Shown here: positions 56,056 to 64,000 of the stretch, piece by piece
How positions within the stretch are numbered: position 1 is the first letter of the stretch
Layout: every line of letters begins with the position of its first letter
Made by a program: the position numbers and the translations under genes
The notes under the pieces: generated by a model
The model's input: only the letters and a program-made list of their open reading frames with translations
Told to the model about the DNA's origin: nothing
The model's database searches: none
NCBI GenBank assembly: GCA_964016885.1
Contig: OZ024763.1
Coordinates: 6,076,001 to 6,140,000 of the forward strand
Length of the DNA stretch: 64,000 nucleotides
Reading direction: 5' to 3'
DNA from: Eledone cirrhosa
Taxonomy: Eukaryota

Positions 56056-57569
56056 CAAACACATGCGCACACACACATATATAAATATATACATATACAC
56101 ACACAGATAAAAATATATTATATATAATTATAGTTCAAGATGAATAAGGCCAACGCAAGGATACAATAATACATATATACATAGACATATGTAAACATAC
56201 AAACACACACATTTTATTAAGGCTTAATAGTGAATCTTTTTACGCTGGAGTTTCGCCTGGTTATCACAGGGTCATCTTGTCTGTTGATTCACTATTTAGC
56301 CTTCATAAAAATGAATATTAAAATCTCTACTTCCGTATTGAGTACTCTTTTCTCTCAGTCGTCAACCACATATGTGTGTGTATATATATATATATATATA
56401 TACATACATACACACACACACACATGAATATGTGTAATACCTTATTGTATTGTCCCAAACTCCCCTATGGTCGAGTTAATCACAAGTGTACTAATTGCTT
56501 TTTCTAGCAAATATGTTATTCACTCACTGTCCACCTTACTTTCCTTCTGTGACCACTGTATCGTGTTAATTTCTCCTTCCGCCTCTTGAGATATTCTCAC
56601 TTGCTACGAAAGAAACATTCCTTTTTTTTTTTTACCACTGTATCGTGTGTTAATTCCTCCCTCCACCTCTAGAGATTTTCTCCCCCTTGCTACGAACGCG
56701 ACAAGAAACAGTCCTTTTTCCCTGAGGGGTCTTTTGATTAGCCGTATCAACCTCACAGCGATGATGCATTTTTATAGTGTAGAAAACGTTGCACACGGAT
56801 CAGCGAAACTGCAGTCGGGGCTTTGAAGAAAAAATAGGTATATTATTTTTGTGTACTATTTTGTGTACCATAGGCAGTGTCTTTCATTAGAAATATGGTA
56901 ACGAAAGGGTTTAAACGGATATAATTTCTTGCACCAGTTCTAAAAATACACTAGAGCCTGGTGTTGCTGTTGCTGCTGTTGTAAACTCTTCTATGTTGAT
57001 TTAGTTGTTTTATCTGTATGTGGAGGTCACTCAAATATTTTCACTATCAACTGTACTTCTATGATGACAACGCTATCTCTCTACCATAAATTTTGACAGA
57101 GATTGATGACAATTTTGTACACACGACATCATAGCTAAGAAGACTACGCATGTGTAGAATCAGTTTTCAGACAAACTATTTTTAAAACAAAACCCCTAAA
57201 GCATAACCCTTTTAATACCAAATTTGCCTAGGAGTTATACAATAGAAAACTTGCCTGTTTTTAAAATGTTCAGATTTAAACAAAAATTCAAGAAACTTGA
57301 TGAAACTTAACATAATGGAAACTCATTATGTAATGGAGTAGTGAAACAAAAACTATACCCTAAACAACACTTAAAACATTTTAAACATCAAAATATCTAA
57401 ACATAATGTGTTGATTGCCGTCTTGGCTTAGAAATGGGGTTTTGGTTTTGCCTATAACTTAGACATAAAATAAGGGGAGCCGGCTTATGTATATAGGGTA
57501 TATTTAATCATAATTTTACATTTCAAACATCCACTCAACCCTTTTGATAGCAAGCCACCCCCAAAATAC

Positions 57570-57835
57570 CCAGTAGTAAGGGTGTTGGACTCACCATCAT
57601 AATGCTGTGGGTTCGATTCCTATGCTAAGTTGAGTGTTGTGTTCTTGAGCAAAACAATTTTACATTGCTCTAGTATACTCAGCTGAGAGTATGTACCAGC
57701 AGCAATAGCTGGGGGTTTAAACCTGTGATGGATTGGTGTCCTGTCTAGGGGGAAGTCTAGTGTTCTCAATCACTTAACACCACGGAAACCAGGATAAGCA
57801 CTGGCCTGATAAGCTTTTTGATTAGGACAAACTTT
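57570..57835 (+). mobile_element. SINE family C copy
   Basis: gggttcgattcc B box, ttcttgagcaaaac, ctgtgatggattggtgtcctgtctaggg. Confidence 0.75.
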
Positions 57836-57984
57836 AATCCCCCAAATGTCTCTGGTTCTATGAAACAAAACTACCAATTTTAAAAGGTTCTGATTTAAAT
57901 TAAGATCTTATATAATTTTAGTAAATCCTCTGCAATTTCTTCATTAATTAATCAATTACAGTGTAGTTAAACCTGCCAGCTATA

Positions 57985-58135
57985 ACTGGTACTCATTTCC
58001 AGCTGAGTATACTAGAGCAATGTGAAATGAAATGTTTTTACTCAAGAACACGAGACATAACCCAGTCCATGAATCAAACACACAACACTATGATCATAAG
58101 TCTCACACCCTTCCCACTAGGCCACATGCCTCCAC
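57985..58135 (-). mobile_element. SINE family B/C head fragment, reverse
   Basis: Reverse of ggaggcatgtggcctagtgg...ttcttgagtaaaaacatttcatttcacattgctc. Confidence 0.65.
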
Positions 58136-59302
58136 AAGCATCTGGTACAAAATCACCAAAATGCTATGACAAAATAGTCATTTTTACTTAAACCTTAAAT
58201 ATTTAAAAAAAAAAAAATTTTTTCAAGAATGCTATACTGTAAACTTTGAATAGCAGTTTTTATGGGTCATTAAAATTGTGTTTCTAATTGTGCGACCAAA
58301 CTAAAAGCAGTCTTTGATAAAAAAAAAACATATTTATTTCAATTCACAATAGATTAAAACTCTGGGTGCACCACATAAACTTTCATGGTAACAGAAAACA
58401 CACACAAAATGACTCCAAATTATATTTTTATGTAACCTATATATATATGTGTGTGTGTGTGTGTGTATATATATTCAAGGCCATATTCATTTGGTTTTGG
58501 TTTAATAAACCAAAACCAAATGAATATGGCCTCGGACTTTTATTTGTACCTTGCCCATACTGAAGTTGTGGCTATTGTGGTATGATTTGTTGTGGTGGCT
58601 ATTGTGGTGTGATTTGTTGCTCCGGCTTACACTTTTATACAGGTTGTTGAGCACTTTGTTTTATCTACTTCACAACCGACAGACCGTTATGTACTCCACA
58701 CATCCTTACTCAGTTAACCCCTTACTATATATATGTAACGCATCCACACAACACAACACACAAAGACAAGATGGTGTAGGACAGAACAAAGAAGAGACAC
58801 CAAATAAAAACCCAGTCACTGAGGAGGTCACAGAATGTGTGACGAAAGAGCTTTGACAATATATAAACAACCATCCGGGTTATCGAACCAACCAACCAGA
58901 AATTTATAATAAATTGAAGTGAAAACCAACAGGTGGATGTGTTTTTATTGGCAGCATGACCCTCCCAAAGTGTAACAATATATAAACACATATGCAAGTG
59001 CGTGTGCACTTGGAAGAATGCGGTACACTGTATGTAAGTTAGATATGAAACCCCAGCTTGTCTGGGAGGCCAGTGGCTCCACTTCAGTAAGGGCTTGATC
59101 TGTGAAGTCCCACCCAACCCTTGCTATCAGGGAAAGTGGCTGTTAAATGATGAGTGCGTGTGAAAGCGCAAGAGAGGTGGTGAGAGCTGACCTTAAATCA
59201 CTGAAACTCACAAAGGAGATGAAGAAACACAGTGAGTAGAGAGATGCTCTGCTGAGGACCCGTCTAGCCCATGCAAACATGGAAAAAAAGACGTAAAAAC
59301 AA

Positions 59303-59530
59303 TAATGATTTCTAATTTAGGGACAAGGCCAACAAATTTTTTTTTTGGGGGGGGGGGGGGAATGACTAAATCGACCCCAGTGCATTACTGGTACTTTATT
59401 TTATCGACCCTGTAAGGACGAAAAGCGAAGCTAACCTCGGTGGCATTTATACTCAGAACGTAAAAGGCCATAACTCTGTGCCGCAAAGCATATTGTCCAA
59501 CATTCTACTGATACTGCTAATCCACCGCCC
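59303..59530 (-). mobile_element. SINE family A copy
   Basis: Reverse consensus. Confidence 0.8.
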
Positions 59531-59797
59531 TTTATATATTACTCCATTAAGTGTTCCAGTCAACAGACTGCAGCCATGCTGGGGCACCACCATTATATAT
59601 GCTAAGCTATCAGTAGGGCTCAGCTAGTTAGGGGAACCAGTTGGTTACTAACCCAAGAGACAGCTAATTAGGGAATGGGTTGGTTATTAACCCAAGGGAC
59701 AGCTAGGGAAGTAAACACATTCACCATTGGTTATAAAAAGACCAAGAGATGACAAGACATCAAAACAAAATCATATCTGACATTTTAAGTGTATGAG

Positions 59798-60682
59798 TCA
59801 TCACTATCACTACCATCATCATCATCAGCATCACTACCATCCCCATCAGCATCACTACCATCCCCTGCACGAACATCAACAATATCACTACCATCATCAG
59901 TATCATCACTAGCAACACTACCTCCAACACCTTCCTCACCATCAATACTACAAATACTACCATCACCAATACCTTCACCACCACCACTACCATCACCACC
60001 ACCACTACCATCACCACCAATACCTTCACCACCACCACTACCATCACCACCAATACCTTCACCACCAGCACTACCATCAACACCACCACCACTATCAACA
60101 CCACAACCATCACTATCACCAATACCATCACCACAACCATCACTATCACCACCACCACTACCACTACCATCACTATCACCACCAGCACTACCATCAACAC
60201 CACCACCACTATCAACACCACAACCATCACTATCACCAATACCTTCACCACCACCACCAGCACTACCATCAACACCACCACCACTATCAACACCACAACC
60301 ATCACTATCACCAATACCTTCACCACCACCACCACTACCATCACTATCACCAATACCTTCACCACCAGCATTACCATCAACACCACCACCACTACCTTCA
60401 CCACCAGCACTACCATTAACACCACCACCACTATCAACACCACTACCATCACCATCACCAATACCTTCACCACCAGCATTACCATCAACACCACCACCAC
60501 TACCTTCACCACCAGCACTACCATCAACACCACCACCACTATCAACACCACTACCTTCACCACCACCACCACTATCAACACCACTACCATCACCATCACC
60601 AATACCTTCACCACCAGCACTACCATCAACACCACCACCACTATCAACACCAATGCCATCATCACCACCACTACCATCATCA
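59798..60682. repeat. (cac/cat)-based compound tandem repeat
   Basis: accaccaccactaccatcaccaataccttc variants. Confidence 0.93.
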
Positions 60683-61799
60683 ATGGTTTCACTGGTTACT
60701 CCCAAGAGGTCATCTAACTCTCTCTACCCCAAACAGCCCACAATTCTATCAATAATACAACAGCTACAATAAGCTATAGTTTGACTTTCTTCTATAGCGA
60801 CCATTCCAATAAATTAGAGTTCTCTACCATTGGGCGGAGGGGGGGGGGTTATTCTTTAACTCTTTCATTATCAAAATCTCATAGATTCAATATTATGTGA
60901 GATAAAGCCTTTACCGTGAAAATACAATAGTAAATATAGAGTAATGTAAATGCTAAAGGGTTAAAATGGATATAAACACTAACCCTTTCATTACCATATT
61001 TCTAATGAAAGACACTGCCTATAATTTTCAAATATCTTTTTAAATAATCAAGAATTTGGTAGAATTTAATATAACCAACTTCCTCATTATTAAGCTGGTG
61101 TTTGGAATATAACCTTTCCTTCACTATATTTCTAACCTTTCCTTCACTATATTTCTAAGGAAAGAGTACCTATACACCCTCTTTTTCTCTTTCATCTCTT
61201 AATAATTCTTGCCCTTCCCCCTCTTCCCTCTCATTTATAGTCTTTTACAATGCTACTTTCTTTTCCTTTGTGTTTGACTAAATATTAAATTCTTTATTTT
61301 CAAATAATCAAGAATTTGGAGATATTTAATATCACTAACTTTCTCATCATTAAGCTGGTGTTTGGAACAACCTTTTCTTTAAATTTCTAAGGAAAAACAG
61401 TGCCTGTAATTTTCAAATATTTCTGAAAATAATCTAGAATTTTTTAGGGATTTAATAATATAACTAACCTCACAGAGTTCCTAAGGAAAAACAGTGTCTA
61501 TTTTCAAATAATATAGAAAATAATCAAGAATTTGGAGGGATTTAATAATATAGCTTTCTCCTTAAATTGGTATTTGGAACATGAACTTAAAGGCTGACAT
61601 AAAATGAAGCTTATGTTTACATGTATAATGGACTTAGCGGCTCAACAAAAAGAGACCGATAAAATAAGTACCAGAGATGGAGAGATCAATATGATCGACT
61701 TTAAAAGGTGGTGCCCCAGCATGTCCACAGTTTAATGACTGAAAAACCCGTAAAACAAACATCTCAACCATTTCTAGCCCCCACTGCCATACCACCGTC

Positions 61800-61990
61800 T
61801 AATAATTGTTTCTACGTTAGGCACAAGGCCAGCAATTATCCCAGTGTATTACTGGTACTTTATTTTATCGACCCCGTAAGGATGAAAGGCAAAGTTAACC
61901 TTGGCGGGATTTGAACTTAGAATGACAAGGGCCATAACTATGCGCCAAAGCATGGCGTCCGACCCTCTACCGATACTGCCAATCCACCGT
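61800..61990 (-). mobile_element. SINE family A copy
   Basis: Flanked by direct repeat ccaccgtctaataat. Confidence 0.85.
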
Positions 61991-62484
61991 CTAATAATGG
62001 TACTTAGTCATAAAACTAATTTATATATATATATAGGAGGGAATGAGTCAAATCGATTGAATCAGTCACAACATTATTATCAGCTCTTATGCTAATTATT
62101 CCCAGAGGGGGGAGGGAAGACAAGAACACTCCCCAATGAGATCTCAACTTGAAACCAACAAGAATAAAACAATTTAACCCCCCCCCCCTTTTTTTTTATG
62201 CCAATCTGTCTGAAACCATTCCTGGATTTTTCTTTGACACAAACCTGTTCTGCTTTAACCATTCTGTGACCATATTTTTAATGAAACACACTATTTTAAT
62301 TAATTAATGAAGAATTTTGAGGGTTTCATTAAATGTTTTATTTCATTACTCGGACATTAACCGAACATGCAGCTTACATAAAATTATGTTGGAAGGTTTT
62401 AATTTAAATAGGAACACTTTAAAATGTGTTGTTTTATTTTACAGAACCAGAGCTGGTTTTGGCTAGGTTAGTACCAAAAAGGTT

Positions 62485-62745
62485 TCATCATCATCATCAT
62501 CATTTTACGTCCGCTTTTCCCTGCTTGCAAGGGTTGGACGGGTCCTATTTCAGCACAGCATCTCTCCACTTGTCACGGTCCTTCGTCCTCTCCTCAGTGA
62601 GTTTCAGCGATCTGAGGGCTGCTCTCACCACCTCCGGCCATGTTTTTCGTGGTCTACCTCTTCTGCGTCTTCCTTCTACTGGGATTTCTTGGCACTTCTT
62701 TACCCAGCGGTCATCCTCCACGCGCATCACATGTCCATACCATCT
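62485..62745 (-). mobile_element. RTE-clade LINE 3' end
   Basis: WYGHVMR...VEGRRRRGRPRKTW...DRDKWR C-terminal motif, followed by cttgcaagcagggaaaagcggacgtaaaa(tga)n tail. Confidence 0.9.
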
Positions 62746-63737
62746 ATCTAGAAACTTCCCATCAAACACCAGCTTAATAATGAGAAAGTTGGTTACATTA
62801 CTAAATCGCTCTAAATCATTTGTCTGTATATCCATCACTCATGTGTGTGTGTGTGTGTGTGTGGGGGTATAATACATGTAAAAATGAGAAAACTCATCGC
62901 TAGAACAGCCATTAAAACAGCTATATGCTGTCAAAGACAGGGATGAGCAAAAATGCCTCAGAGGACAGAGACTAGTGGTCAGTGGTCAACAGAGAGACAA
63001 TCCACAAGGTGGGTCACAGGTAGATGAAATATAGAAAAAATTGAAAGAGGTGGATGGAGGACATGGAGAAGTGTGTTGGCTCACAGAAGTGACAGGAAGA
63101 TGGAAATAAAGAAAGGTGATGTAGAAAACAAGTTTACATACACACATCTTCACCCTCATCAGCTCTTAAACCAGCAAAATGGTGTATAAACACTTTAAAA
63201 CAGTTTTGTATCATAGAACAAGGCACAGTTCCATATGGGTGGGTATTGGTACTGAGGTGTGTAGTGGGAATCATATGGAAACTCTGAACTCTTAATTATG
63301 GCAGGAACAAGGAAACAAAGAGTTGATTACAACATTAATGTGACGTCAGAGAATGGCAGAAGTGTGAATATGTGTGTGTGTATAGACACACACATGGTAT
63401 ATAGAGTTCAGAGAGAAGTGTGTGTATATATACATACATACACATAGTATTTAGAGTTCAGAGGTTTGTGTGTGTGTATACATACATACATACATACACA
63501 TAGTATTTAGAGTTCAGAGGTGTGTGTGTGTGTGTGTGTGTGTGTATACATACATACACATAGTATTTAGAGTTCAGAGGTGTGTGTGTGTGTATGTGTG
63601 TGTATATACATACATACACACAGTATTTAGAGTTCAGAGAGGGGGGTGTGTGTATGTATGTGTGTGTATATACATACATACACACAGTATTTAGAGTTCA
63701 GACAAAGGTGTGTGTGTGTGTGAGTGTGTATACACCA

Positions 63738-63918
63738 AGAAATCCCAGTGGACGGAAGCGACGGAAGAGATATACCAAGAAAGACCTGGACAGAAAGAGG
63801 TGGTCAGAGGTGACCTCAAATCACTGAGACTCACAGACAAAAGGATGAGTGGGGAGATGCTGCGCTGAAGAGAACTCATCGAAGCCATGCATACATGGAC
63901 ATGATGATGATGATGATG
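63738..63918 (+). mobile_element. Degenerate RTE LINE 3' fragment
   Basis: atcccagtggacggaagcgacggaagagatataccaagaaagacctgg, (gat)n tail. Confidence 0.65.
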
Positions 63919-64000
63919 CTACACACAGTATATAGTGTTCAGAAAGAGAGAGTCCTACCATTGTGAGGTCAACCGGAAGGAAACATATTTAGACAATCCT

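Noticed and set aside
56450-57200. Tao promoter or first non-coding exon
   Set aside because: Only mildly CpG-richer unique sequence. The transcription start cannot be placed from sequence alone and may lie outside the window.
59760-60772. 300-aa Gly/Asp-rich and Pro/Ser-rich ORFs resembling extensin or structural proteins
   Set aside because: Compound (cac/cat) repeat open on both strands, with the same texture as other intronic tracts.

Overview
Eukaryotic, AT-rich, microsatellite- and SINE-dense animal genomic DNA. The repeat repertoire suggests an octopod cephalopod (inference). The window holds one essentially complete protein-coding gene on the minus strand: a TAO (thousand-and-one amino acid, Ste20/GCK-VIII family) serine/threonine kinase, ATG at 42269 and stop at 228. 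It has 17 confidently traced GT-AG coding exons: 9 for the kinase and Ser-rich region, and 8 for the coiled-coil C-terminus. The 15-kb linker region also holds a probable 63-nt cassette exon and candidate microexons. The rest is intronic or upstream DNA containing tRNA-derived SINEs of at least three families, RTE and CR1-type LINE remnants, TTAA/piggyBac-type and hAT-type MITEs, a Helitron-like repeat, many minisatellites and one 200-N gap. I found no prokaryotic features and no convincing new multi-gene system. The most notable observations are: minisatellites anchored on exon borders, some copying splice donors; a +1 indel in the conserved NFATIRT motif; a phase-consistent chain of candidate microexons and a possible kinase-less short isoform; three uORFs before the start codon; and several long intronic hairpins.
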